Shown here piece after piece: positions 20,373 through 29,910 of a stretch of 64,000 bases of DNA. This DNA comes from Syntrophomonadaceae bacterium. Lineage in GTDB: Bacteria; Bacillota; Dethiobacteria; DTU022. The stretch's first letter is position 1; each line of letters opens with the position of its first letter. Under the pieces are notes generated by a model. That model did no database searches, was not told the DNA's origin, and saw only the letters and a list, made by a program, of their open reading frames with translations. The stretch covers positions 8,270-72,269 of the forward strand of contig SKOR01000044.1 in the NCBI GenBank assembly GCA_007119965.1. Reading direction: 5' to 3'. The translations under genes were made by a program, and so were the position numbers.

Positions 20373-21584
20373 ATGAAACAAGAGCATTCAGGAATCACCA
20401 GTCGGATAACTTTATATTATTTTGTCCTGGCCAACCTTTATATTTATGTTTCAGACCAGCTGTTGTTTATGTATGTTACCGATCCTGCCATACTCGTTCG
20501 CTGGCAAACCTATAAAGGGTGGATCTATATAGCAGTGACAACCCTGTTACTCTATATTCTGTTAAAAACCCAGATCAAGAAACTACTCTCAGAAGTGGAG
20601 GAACGTAAGAAGGCTGAAGCTGCTGAAAGGGCCTCGGCAATTCACTGGCAAAAAACATTTGATGCCAGCGCAGATGCAATATGCCTTGTAGATCGCAGCA
20701 AAAAAATTCTGCGCGCTAATGCTGCGCTGGCTAACCTGGCAGGTCAGGATGTTGAAGAAATAATCGGAAAAAACTGTTGTGACACTGTGCACAAAGGGGA
20801 AGGTGAATTTCCGGATTGCCCGCTTCCGGATACGGGCAACTTGCAGTCCCGTGAAGAGACTGAAGTTCAAATAGAAGACCGCTGGTATCACATCAGTATA
20901 GATCCGGTCATGGATGAAAAAAACAGGCTGCAAAACATGGTACATATAATGCGTGATATTACACAACGGAAACAAATGGAGGCCAACCTTCAGCAGGTCA
21001 ACCAGGACCTTCTGCAGGCGTACGATGCTACAATTGAAGGCTGGTCCAGGGCTCTCGACCTGCGTGATCATGATACGGAAGGCCACAGCAAGCGTGTAAC
21101 TGAAGAAACAGTATACCTGGCTGCAGTACATGGGGTCCCGGAGCCTGAATTGGTCCATATCCGCCGCGGGGCACTGCTGCATGATATCGGCAAAGTGGGT
21201 ATCCCTGACTCCATTTTGCATAAAACCGGTAAATTAAATCCCAATGAATGGAAAATTATGCGTGAACACCCGAAACTTGCCTATGATCTGCTGGCCCCGA
21301 TCGATTACCTGCAGCAGGCTTTGGAAATACCCTACTGCCACCATGAAAAATGGGACGGCAGCGGCTACCCCCGCGGCCTGAAAGGGGAAGAGATTCCCCT
21401 GGCAGCGCGTATCTTTGCCGTGATTGATGTTTTTGACGCCCTGACCAGTGATCGTCCGTATCGACCGGCCTGGAACCGTAAAGCGGCCCTGAAACATATC
21501 CTGAACGAAAGCGGCAGGCATTTTGACCCACAAATTGTAAAATTGTTCCTTGAGCTTGTTGATCCTGGCAGGGATGGCACCTAA
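20373..21584 (+). CDS. membrane-anchored PAS-HD-GYP c-di-GMP phosphodiesterase (paralogue of 16970..19717)
   Basis: It has two N-terminal TM helices and a PAS domain. The C-terminal roughly 190-aa HD-GYP domain is nearly identical to that of the upstream gene ('EGWSRALDLRDH[DE]TEGHSKRVTE...HHEKWDGSGYPRGLKGEEIPLAARIF'). Confidence 0.88.
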   Translation: MKQEHSGITSRITLYYFVLANLYIYVSDQLLFMYVTDPAILVRWQTYKGWIYIAVTTLLLYILLKTQIKKLLSEVEERKKAEAAERASAIHWQKTFDASADAICLVDRSKKILRANAALANLAGQDVEEIIGKNCCDTVHKGEGEFPDCPLPDTGNLQSREETEVQIEDRWYHISIDPVMDEKNRLQNMVHIMRDITQRKQMEANLQQVNQDLLQAYDATIEGWSRALDLRDHDTEGHSKRVTEETVYLAAVHGVPEPELVHIRRGALLHDIGKVGIPDSILHKTGKLNPNEWKIMREHPKLAYDLLAPIDYLQQALEIPYCHHEKWDGSGYPRGLKGEEIPLAARIFAVIDVFDALTSDRPYRPAWNRKAALKHILNESGRHFDPQIVKLFLELVDPGRDGT

Positions 21585-21659
21585 AGCGGACGAACGCCCC
21601 AGGCACGTGCCGGGTGAATAAATTATGAGATATAAATATGATAAAGGAGGTATTTGATT

Positions 21660-23672
21660 ATGGAAAATTCAGCAGCCAATAATCATTCGGGACATAACGG
21701 TCATGATAAACACGCCGGTCACAGCCCGGATATGTTTCGTGACAAGTTCTGGCTTTCCCTGGTTATGACCCTGCCGGTTGTATTCTGGTCAGTCCATATT
21801 CAAAACCTGCTCGGTTACCGGGCGCCGGAGTTTACAGGGTCGGATTGGATCCCCCCTGTTTTAGGCACCGTTATCTTTTTCTATGGAGGCTGGGTCTTTA
21901 TCCAGGGCGCGGTGCGGGAGCTTAAGAGTCTGCTGCCCGGGATGATGACTCTCATTTCTCTGGCTATAACCGTGGCGTTTCTTTTTTCATGGGTGGTGCA
22001 GTTTGGGTTGATTGAGGCGGAAGCGCTCTGGTGGGAACTGGCTTCCCTGGTCACGATCATGCTCCTGGGACACTGGATCGAAATGCGTTCTATCGTTCAG
22101 GCTCAGGGTGCCCTGCAGGAGCTGGCGAAACTTCTCCCCGATACCGCTACAAGGGTTACAGAACAGGGAGAAGAGGAGGTTGCGGTAAGTGAACTCAAGG
22201 ACGGAGATATTATACTCGTCCGCCCGGGTGAAAGCATGCCTGCGGACGGGCTGCTGCAGAAGGGAACAAGCGATGTAAATGAAGCGATGATCACCGGCGA
22301 GTCAAGGCCGGTTAAAAAGTCAGAAGGTGATGAGGTTATAGCCGGCACTAACAACGGTGCCGGTTCGCTGCGTATCAAGGTTACCGGTACCGGTGAAAAC
22401 ACTAAGCTTTCCGGGATAATGCGGTTGGTAGCTGAAGCGCAGACCTCCAAATCAAGGGCGCAGAACCTGGCTGACCGCGCTGCCCAGCTGCTAACCGGTG
22501 TAGCTATTTTTGCCGCGGTAGCAACCCTGGTGATCTGGCAGCTTATAGGTATGCCCATCGATTTTACTATTGTCAGGGTTGTAACCGTCCTGGTTATCGC
22601 CTGCCCCCATGCCCTGGGGCTGGCCGTGCCCCTGGTTGTGGCAATTTCTACAACGCTGGGCGCCCTGAGCGGACTGCTGGTGCGCGACCGGTTGGGGCTA
22701 GAGGAAGCCCGTAATCTGAACACTGTAATCTTCGATAAGACCGGCACCCTGACCCTCGGTGAGTTTCGGGTTGTTGATATGGCTACAGTTGAAGGGGTTA
22801 CCGGGGAAGAAGCGCTGCGTGCTGCTTCCGCTGTCGAGCAGGAATCTGAGCATCCCATCGCCAGGGGCATTGTGAATACGGCAGGGGACAGGGAGATTAA
22901 AATACCTGCAGCCGATGATTTCCGGGCCCTGCCGGGCAAGGGGGTTGCAGCTTCGGTGGACGGTATAGAATACCATCTAGGCGGCCCTGCTCTGCTCAAA
23001 GCGGAAGAAGAAGAAGTGCCTCCTGCGCTTAAAGAGTCATCTGAAGCGGCGGCCGAACGCGGCCAGGCCGCAATTTTCCTTCTGCGCGGCGGTCAGGTTA
23101 TTGCCCTGTTCGCGGTAGCTGATGCGATCCGGCCGGAGAGTCGTGAAGCTGTCCGGGCCCTGCAGGATCATGGTATCGAAGTAGCCATGCTGACCGGCGA
23201 TGCGCAGGCTGTGGCCGACGCCGTAGCAGCAGAGATCGGTATCGATACTGTTTTTGCCGAAGTACTTCCCGAGGATAAAGCTTCCAGGGTTAGGGAGATC
23301 CAGGCGATGGGGAAAAAGGTAGCCATGGTCGGAGACGGAGTTAATGATGCCCCTGCCCTGGCTACTGCCGACATCGGGATTGCCATCGGTGCGGGGACAG
23401 ATGTGGCTGTTGAAGCAGGGCATATCGTACTGGTCAGGTCCGATCCCCGCGATATCCCAAAGATTGTCACCCTGTCCCGGGCTACCTATGGCAAGATGGT
23501 GCAGAACCTGTGGTGGGCTGCAGGGTACAATATAATTGCGATTCCCCTCGCTGCCGGGGCTCTCGCTGCGTGGGGAATCCTGCTCACCCCGGCCGTGGGT
23601 GCCGTTTTGATGTCGGCAAGCACGGTGATCGTGGCAATTAACGCGCAGCTCCTGAGGCGCCTGGCGCTCTAA
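21660..23672 (+). CDS. copB: P1B-type heavy-metal (copper) translocating ATPase, CopB-like, with His-rich N-terminal metal-binding tail
   Basis: ATG at 21660 is 9 nt after AAAGGAGG. The N-terminus is 'NHSGHNGHDKHAGHSPD'. The product has the TM 'CPH' motif ('IACPHALGLAVP'), 'DKTGTLT', 'GDGVNDAPAL' and 8 TM helices. Confidence 0.88.
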   Translation: MENSAANNHSGHNGHDKHAGHSPDMFRDKFWLSLVMTLPVVFWSVHIQNLLGYRAPEFTGSDWIPPVLGTVIFFYGGWVFIQGAVRELKSLLPGMMTLISLAITVAFLFSWVVQFGLIEAEALWWELASLVTIMLLGHWIEMRSIVQAQGALQELAKLLPDTATRVTEQGEEEVAVSELKDGDIILVRPGESMPADGLLQKGTSDVNEAMITGESRPVKKSEGDEVIAGTNNGAGSLRIKVTGTGENTKLSGIMRLVAEAQTSKSRAQNLADRAAQLLTGVAIFAAVATLVIWQLIGMPIDFTIVRVVTVLVIACPHALGLAVPLVVAISTTLGALSGLLVRDRLGLEEARNLNTVIFDKTGTLTLGEFRVVDMATVEGVTGEEALRAASAVEQESEHPIARGIVNTAGDREIKIPAADDFRALPGKGVAASVDGIEYHLGGPALLKAEEEEVPPALKESSEAAAERGQAAIFLLRGGQVIALFAVADAIRPESREAVRALQDHGIEVAMLTGDAQAVADAVAAEIGIDTVFAEVLPEDKASRVREIQAMGKKVAMVGDGVNDAPALATADIGIAIGAGTDVAVEAGHIVLVRSDPRDIPKIVTLSRATYGKMVQNLWWAAGYNIIAIPLAAGALAAWGILLTPAVGAVLMSASTVIVAINAQLLRRLAL

Positions 23673-24087
23673 AGGCTGCAGTAGAAAAGGCAGTTTATAA
23701 AAGCAGAGAGCGGAAATGTTGATGACATTAATCTTTATAGTATGGTTTGTACTACTGTGTGCACTGGTGTCTGGCATTTTTACGGGATGGTATGATGATT
23801 CCTTTAGAAGGCGAGGTGGTCTGGTTGCTGCTGGAACCGATTATAACGCCTGATAATAGCAAATCAGCATAAGTGATTTGAAAGCTCTCTTTGCTCAGGC
23901 GATGTCTGAGGGTGCTGCAACTTTACCCTGCCAGGTGCTGTTAGTCTAACCCGTGATCTAAAAAACCATCCACAGCTGCAACTGATGGAGGATATCTTAG
24001 AAGATAAAAGAATTACTATATTATAAAGCGGTTAAGTAAACAGCTAAACCGGGCAGCTTACCTTAAATAAGGAGGTCTGAATAAAAT

Positions 24088-24714
24088 ATGTTCGTCAGAG
24101 ATTATATGTCCGCCGATCCGATCACCATTGAGCCCAATGATTCAGTTGGTGATGCTCTGGAGCTTTTAAAAGACCATGCCATCAGGCGCCTTCCGGTAGT
24201 GTCGAAGGGCAGGCTTGTCGGCCTGGTAACTAAAACAGATCTGATCAAGGCTTCACCTTCTCCGGCTACCAGCCTCTCTATTCATGAAATTAACTATCTC
24301 TACCCCAAAATAAAGATTAGGGACATCATGACGAAAGAAGTTGTTACAATCGGTCCTGGTGCTGCTATCGAAGAGGCTGCAGTTACAATGCGAGAAAACA
24401 AGTTTGGCACCCTTGTTGTTGCTGAGAAAGGCGCCTTAGTCGGTTTGATTACTGAAAGCGACCTGTTTAAAGCTTTTATTGATGTTTTCAGTTTTGATCG
24501 CCCCGGAATCAGGGTTATGGTCGCCTTCGATGATGAGGTGGGTGAATTGGGCAAGCTCGCCTCGCTGATCAGTTCCCTGGATATTTTTATTATCAGCCTG
24601 ATTATAACCTATGCTGTGGACGGCAGGGCTAATGTTGTGATGCGCCTGAAGAGCGATCACAGAGAGATGGTAGTTGATGAACTGGAGAAGAGCGGATACG
24701 ATGTAATCGGTTGA
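24088..24714 (+). CDS. CBS-pair domain protein with C-terminal ACT-like domain
   Basis: Two CBS motifs ('RRLPVV..GRLVGLVTKTDL' and 'GTLVVAEKGALVGLITESDL') are present. Confidence 0.75.
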   Translation: MFVRDYMSADPITIEPNDSVGDALELLKDHAIRRLPVVSKGRLVGLVTKTDLIKASPSPATSLSIHEINYLYPKIKIRDIMTKEVVTIGPGAAIEEAAVTMRENKFGTLVVAEKGALVGLITESDLFKAFIDVFSFDRPGIRVMVAFDDEVGELGKLASLISSLDIFIISLIITYAVDGRANVVMRLKSDHREMVVDELEKSGYDVIG

Positions 24715-24721
24715 TGCAAAA

Positions 24722-24934
24722 GGTGTCTAGGGGACGGTTCCTGAAACACCCTCTTGCGTCTAAGGGTGTCTAGGGGACGGTTCCTGAAACACCCTCTTGC
24801 GTCTAAGGGAATGAGTTAAAACTGCTGTGGAATTGAGGTTCGGGGTTTGGATTTTGTTTAAGCGTAAAAAAGGTGTTTCAGGAACCGTCCCCTATGCACT
24901 AAAAAGGTGTTTCAGGAACCGTCCCCTATGCACT
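24722..24934. repeat. composite palindromic repeat block: 2x43-bp tandem unit (24722-24807), spacer, then 2x34-bp tandem unit (24867-24934) carrying the inverted 23-nt core TAGGGGACGGTTCCTGAAACACC
   Basis: Exact tandem copies were read directly from the sequence. The A and B units are reverse complements over the core, so the region can fold into a long hairpin between convergent genes. The same core recurs at 53692-53760. Confidence 0.85.
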
Positions 24935-25690
24935 TTTTGTTTCGGCGACGAAGGTAAGTTTTGGGTCGGAGTTGGCTGACGGCTCCAGGCTGAAGCTGGG
25001 GTAGGTGCCCAGGATTTTGAACCCGGTTTCTTCTAATACCCTGGTAACCAGATCCGGTTCATGGTCTTTTTCATGGTGGTTCTCCTGAAATTTCTTGTAT
25101 AAGCCGTCTGTTGTTTGTTGAAAAACGGTCAGGTGGGCTGACCAGAGGTCTTCTTTAGAACTGTAGCTGCTTTCCACGATTAAGGTGAAATCATCTTGAT
25201 CGGCCCAGGATAGGCTTTTGGTGTCGCCGCCTGAGCGGAGCGACGGGCGGGTCAGATCGAAGATAAAAAGAGAAGCAGGGTTCAGGGCACTGTAAACCTG
25301 GTTAATCGCTTCGATTAATTGTTGTTCACTGAGGAGATAGTTTAAGCCGTCCTGAAACAGCAGGGCTAAGTCGTATTTTTCCGGCAGCTCAAGGCGGCAG
25401 AGGTTTTGTTCATAAAATTTAACCGGCAGCCTTTTTTGGGCTGTCTTGCTGCGGGCCCGTTCGAGCATTGCAGGGGACAGGTCAACACCTGCGGTTTGAT
25501 AGCCTCTGTAGGCGAAAGGCAGTGTAGAGCTGCCTGTCCCGCAGGCCAGGTCGACTATGGAACGGGGTTTTTTTGCGAAGCGGACGAGCAGCTGTTCCAC
25601 ATAATCGGCCCAGGCTTCATAATCGACACTGCACATAATCTGATCGTAAATATCGGCGAAACCGGTGTAGGCCTGGCTGGTTTTTTTCAC
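24926..25690 (-). CDS. class I SAM-dependent methyltransferase
   Basis: 'VDLACGTGSSTL' is methyltransferase motif I. The product is 254 aa. The stop codon overlaps the last repeat unit. Confidence 0.75.
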   Translation of the reverse strand: MKKTSQAYTGFADIYDQIMCSVDYEAWADYVEQLLVRFAKKPRSIVDLACGTGSSTLPFAYRGYQTAGVDLSPAMLERARSKTAQKRLPVKFYEQNLCRLELPEKYDLALLFQDGLNYLLSEQQLIEAINQVYSALNPASLFIFDLTRPSLRSGGDTKSLSWADQDDFTLIVESSYSSKEDLWSAHLTVFQQTTDGLYKKFQENHHEKDHEPDLVTRVLEETGFKILGTYPSFSLEPSANSDPKLTFVAETKSA

Positions 25691-25742
25691 TGTTATATTT
25701 GATGCTCCCTGTCTGAGTATAGAATCACCCTATGGTTTGATT

Positions 25743-28301
25743 TTACTCCGGCCCCCTGGAAATAACAAGATCAACCTCGTATCCGCTCTCCACGGTTGTC
25801 CCCGGGTCAGGATCTTGCTCGATTACCCGACCGATTTGAACCTGATCGTGGTGACGCTGTTCAACCGTCCCAACCTCAAGGTTAACCCGGGCCAATCTCA
25901 TTTCGACCATGCCCTGTGACGAGCCGGTTACATCGGGAACATCTACCGGCCCTTCAGCTTCTTCTCTTCCGAAAAGGTTTAATCCCGTATCCGGCCTGGA
26001 AGGCATTTCCTCGGCATCTTCAGGCCCCCTGCCGGGGCCGCCTCTCGAAGACCACCGCTCATCAGTTTCAATGTATTCCGGACGGTTGTAATATCCGTCC
26101 TCATGCATATCGCATTCTTCACCGGGGGCCTGGCCGGCAATGAAATAGTCGGTGATCACGGTATCTGCCGCATGGCAATCATCATTGGGCCGCAGGCCGG
26201 ATTTATCGCATACAGATATTCGCACAATATCACCCGGGTCTTCAAACTCTTTTACTTCCAGGTCTTCAAATGCCTTCAGAAATACCTCGCGCAAAAATAC
26301 AGTTGAGTAACGCCAGCCCTGTTCGATCCGGCCCATCCTCGGCTCATCGTAGCCCATCCAGAAGGTAGCGACCAGGTTGGGAGTATAGGCAGCCAGGTAG
26401 ACATCCTTGTAATCATCTGTAGTGCCGGTTTTAGCCGCTACCGGACGGTCGATTTGCAGTTCGCCACCCAGGTAACCGGTTACAAAATCCTGCAGGATAT
26501 CGCTGACCAGGAATGCCGACTGCGGGCTCAGGATCTGTTCAGTTTCAGGGTTTCTTTCAAAAAGCGTATTGCCGTGGCGGTCAACGATTTTTTCAACGGC
26601 GTGCAGATCGACCCTGACACCCTGGTTGGCAAAAACACCGTAGGCCTGGGCCATATCGATGGATGTGACCCCCCTGTGCAAACCACCCAGGGTCAGGCTG
26701 AGATTGTCTATCTCTTCCGGGTACAGGGTTGAAATGCCCATTCTTTCTGCGTAGTCGGCCCCGGTTTGAGGTCCGAGATCCTCGTAAGCGCGAACCGCGG
26801 GGATGTTGTACGAATAAACCAGCGCTTCTCTTGCCGGGATCATTCCCCGGAATTTGTAGTCAAAGTTTTCCGGAAACCAGCCCTGTTCTTCTTTTTTATA
26901 CGGGGAATCGTCCAGGGTTGAGCCGGCGCCCGCCAGGGTGCCCTCTTCGAAAGCCGGGCCGTAAGTTGTAATCGGCTTAATAGCTGACCCGGGTTGACGC
27001 AGATGGTTAAAACGCAGCAGTTCGTCTGTCCCTCTGCGGAATTCACGGCCTCCGCCCAGGGCTTTAATTTGCCCGCTGGCCGGGTCCGCTACCACGATTG
27101 CGGCCTGAGGTTGCGCTACGCCGCTGTCTTCATCGGTAAATTCTTCCAACTGGTCCGCTGATAAGCTTTCTCCTGCCGGAAGGTTTGAAATTGCTTCCCT
27201 GGCCCTGGACATATTGACATAAAAAGTTTCAGGGTACAGTTCTTCCTGCCCCAGCACATCTTCCACATGGCCCTGCAGCGAAGGGTCGAGGGAAGTGTAA
27301 ATACGCAGCCCGTCTGTATATATGGCCTGATAGGCTTCATCACGGGTTTCAAAAGTTGGGCTGGCCATTAAAATTTGAATTAATTCATGGTGCAGTACAT
27401 AGTCTACATAGTGCGGGTAAGGATAATCGGGGCTGCGCTGCTCAGCGTAATCGAGGGCCTCACTAAGCGCCCGGCTGTACTGGGATTCTGAAATAAACCC
27501 GAGCCTCTTCATGTTATAAAGTACGCTTTGCATCCGTTCTTCCGCTGCCGCAATGTTGTCGATCGGGTTGTAGTAGTTGGGCATCCGCACCGCACCTGCC
27601 AGCATGGCCGCTTCGGGTATTTCCAGCTCATCAACGCTTTTATCGAAATAAGTCTCGGCTGCCGCTTCGATGCCGTAGGCGCTGTTGCCAAAATAGATCC
27701 GGTTTAAATACATCTCCAGGATTTCTTCCTTACTGTATATGCGCTCTATTCGTATAGCCAGGTAAATCTCCTGCACCTTACGTTCTAAAGTGGTCTCAGT
27801 TGTTAAAAAGGCATTTTGAGCCAACTGCTGGGAAATAGTGCTTGCTCCCTGTATAATTGAACCGGCCCGCAGGTTGACATAGGCGGCCCTGATGTTGGCG
27901 GTGAGATCAAAACCGGAGTGTTCATAGAATCGTTCGTCTTCAATAGCGATAAAAGCCTGCTCTACATAATCAGGTACTTCATCTAAATTGACCGCAACGC
28001 GGTGCTGTTCACCATGCAGTGGGGCTACCACTCTCCCGCTGCTGTCGAAAATATATGATGTTTCCACCGTTTCCAGGTATGTCGGGTCAAGTGGCGGGGC
28101 ATCGTTTATATAGCTGCCCACCACTGCCGCAGCACTGCCTCCGCCAACCAGAAGCAGCAAAAACAAGGCAAGTATTATTATTACCAGGCGGCGGTTTTTC
28201 TGACGTGGCCTGAGCTCATTACCTTCCCGGTTATTCTGAGCATCAATAGGAACTTTTTTTTCAACCAATTTTATATTACCCTCCTCAGTATAAATAAGCA
28301 T
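25743..28301 (-). CDS. class A penicillin-binding protein (bifunctional transglycosylase/transpeptidase, PBP1A)
   Basis: It has an N-terminal TM anchor. GT51 motifs ('AFIAIEDERFYEHSG', 'GASTISQQLA') are present. 'SAIKP' (SxxK), 'KTGTT' and an acidic/Cys-containing C-terminal tail follow. Confidence 0.9.
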   Translation of the reverse strand: MLIYTEEGNIKLVEKKVPIDAQNNREGNELRPRQKNRRLVIIILALFLLLLVGGGSAAAVVGSYINDAPPLDPTYLETVETSYIFDSSGRVVAPLHGEQHRVAVNLDEVPDYVEQAFIAIEDERFYEHSGFDLTANIRAAYVNLRAGSIIQGASTISQQLAQNAFLTTETTLERKVQEIYLAIRIERIYSKEEILEMYLNRIYFGNSAYGIEAAAETYFDKSVDELEIPEAAMLAGAVRMPNYYNPIDNIAAAEERMQSVLYNMKRLGFISESQYSRALSEALDYAEQRSPDYPYPHYVDYVLHHELIQILMASPTFETRDEAYQAIYTDGLRIYTSLDPSLQGHVEDVLGQEELYPETFYVNMSRAREAISNLPAGESLSADQLEEFTDEDSGVAQPQAAIVVADPASGQIKALGGGREFRRGTDELLRFNHLRQPGSAIKPITTYGPAFEEGTLAGAGSTLDDSPYKKEEQGWFPENFDYKFRGMIPAREALVYSYNIPAVRAYEDLGPQTGADYAERMGISTLYPEEIDNLSLTLGGLHRGVTSIDMAQAYGVFANQGVRVDLHAVEKIVDRHGNTLFERNPETEQILSPQSAFLVSDILQDFVTGYLGGELQIDRPVAAKTGTTDDYKDVYLAAYTPNLVATFWMGYDEPRMGRIEQGWRYSTVFLREVFLKAFEDLEVKEFEDPGDIVRISVCDKSGLRPNDDCHAADTVITDYFIAGQAPGEECDMHEDGYYNRPEYIETDERWSSRGGPGRGPEDAEEMPSRPDTGLNLFGREEAEGPVDVPDVTGSSQGMVEMRLARVNLEVGTVEQRHHDQVQIGRVIEQDPDPGTTVESGYEVDLVISRGPE

Positions 28302-28786
28302 TCTTAAAAGGAAAGCGGCCTGGTGCTGCAGTAATAGGCAGACCTCATTGTTCCAGGCCTTATCGGCTCATTAATGGGATTATAGATGTGAAGATATGGC
28401 AGCGGGCCTGTTTGAGTCCCAGTGACTTAATGTAACAGGCGATTGCTTATAGCAGAACTTGATCGGCTAAGTGTAGCTTTCTGGATATCTCTCGTTTTTA
28501 ATGGAAATGCTACTCTTCAGTATTGCCGTGGATATGCCTGTGGTTACTGCGTAGAAAGGTTAAGCATCGTCGTTATTTAATTGTCTGTTACTTAATATGA
28601 TAAACATGTTCAATAAACTTTGTCAATGGGATCTATTGACTGCATTTAACAGCTATTTACAGCAGGTTGTGCGGTTCCCGGTTTCGCCTCAGGCATATTC
28701 ATCAAATATGCAACAAAACTTCACGGGATCTTCATATTTAACCCTTAAAATGTAGTCAGAGTCAAAAATGAAAGGGGAAATGAATT

Positions 28787-29107
28787 ATGTCAAAAAAACT
28801 AATGGTTAGCTTATTAGTGGCAGTTGTTGCTGTAACCCTATTGGTATCTGTCGCAGCAGCCCAGGAAAACGATTCAACCCTGGAATCTCTTTACGAACAA
28901 ATGCATGAGCTGCGCCGCCAGGTTATCGAAAGACAGGTTGAGCTCGGTGTTTTCAGCGCTGAAGAAGGCGATGAACGATTGGAGTTTATGGATCAGCGTT
29001 TTGAGGAAAGACGTGAAAGCGGCTCCGGCTGGTTTTCCGGTATGCACGGCTGGAGATGGGGCAGCGGCGATTCTGCTCGGGGGTACGGTCACTGCCGGAA
29101 TTATTAA
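28787..29107 (+). CDS. small secreted protein (signal peptide, 106 aa), unknown function
   Basis: The signal peptide is MSKKLMVSLLVAVVAVTLLVSVAAA. The C-terminus is charged and Gly/Trp-rich. A terminator follows. Confidence 0.5.
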   Translation: MSKKLMVSLLVAVVAVTLLVSVAAAQENDSTLESLYEQMHELRRQVIERQVELGVFSAEEGDERLEFMDQRFEERRESGSGWFSGMHGWRWGSGDSARGYGHCRNY

Positions 29108-29126
29108 ATCGAAAAAATGAAACTGC

Positions 29127-29165
29127 ATAGATAGGCCGCCTCCGTGCGGCCTATCTATCTTTTTG
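29127..29165 (+). terminator. rho-independent terminator
   Basis: The stem is ATAGATAGGCCGC...GCGGCCTATCTAT (13 bp), followed by CTTTTTG. Confidence 0.8.
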
Positions 29166-29205
29166 CTGTCCGATTGTTTACAATATAGATAGGCTTGCTT
29201 AGGAG

Positions 29206-29910
29206 TTGAGCAGATTGGATGCGCCAAAAATCCTTGTTGTTGATGATGAAATAAAAATAACCCGCGTTCTCCAGGCTTATTTGGAAAGGGAAAAGTATCC
29301 TGTGCTTACTGCTCATAACGGACAGGAAGCTTTGAGGCTGGCCCGGGAAGAAAAACCCGACCTGATAATCCTCGACCTTATGCTGCCAATTGTAAGCGGC
29401 GAAGAGGTTTGCCGTCAGCTTCGCCAGGAGGGTTCCCGGGTTCCAATTATTATGCTCACAGCAAAAACTGCCCTTGAAGAGAAAGTAAAAGGCCTGGCCA
29501 TTGGCGCTGATGATTATGTCGTGAAACCGTTCAGCCCGCAGGAGATAGTTGCCAGGGTTAAGTCGCACCTCAGGCGTAGTGACCCCGACCACGGCCCGCT
29601 TACAGATGTGCTGGTCCTTTCCGGAGGTGCTCTGGAGATCGACATCCCGGCCCATCGGGTCAGCTGGGAAAACCGCAGTATTGATCTGACCCCGACTGAA
29701 TTTAATTTATTGGTACACCTGGCCCGCCAGCCAAAACGCGTTTTTACCCGCGCACAGCTTGCCGATGCGATTTTTGATTACGACAGTATCATGGAGGAGC
29801 GGACTGTCGATGCCCATATAAAAAACCTCCGTCAGAAAATGCAGCGCGCAGGAGCTCCGCTTTTAGTAAAGACAATATACGGGGTGGGTTACAAATATGA
29901 AGAAAATTGA
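29206..29910 (+). CDS. OmpR-family two-component response regulator
   Basis: It has a receiver domain ('ILVVDDE', 'DLIILDLMLP', 'K' at 'VVKPF') and a winged-helix DNA-binding C-terminus ('GVGYKY'). Confidence 0.9.
   Translation: MSRLDAPKILVVDDEIKITRVLQAYLEREKYPVLTAHNGQEALRLAREEKPDLIILDLMLPIVSGEEVCRQLRQEGSRVPIIMLTAKTALEEKVKGLAIGADDYVVKPFSPQEIVARVKSHLRRSDPDHGPLTDVLVLSGGALEIDIPAHRVSWENRSIDLTPTEFNLLVHLARQPKRVFTRAQLADAIFDYDSIMEERTVDAHIKNLRQKMQRAGAPLLVKTIYGVGYKYEEN

Noticed and set aside
22103-22999. 298-aa minus-strand ORF (also 23037..23777 and 23168..23470) inside copB
   Set aside because: These are antisense shadow ORFs of a strongly supported P-type ATPase. They are Ser/Pro/Ala-rich with no motifs.
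23716-23853. Possible 45-aa hydrophobic peptide (MLMTLIFIVWFVLLCALVSGIF...) downstream of copB
   Set aside because: It has a weak SD and no conservation evidence available, so it is not called as a feature.
24722-24934. CRISPR array
   Set aside because: Only 2+2 tandem copies with no unique spacers between them. The repeat units are inverted relative to each other, which is REP-like, not CRISPR.
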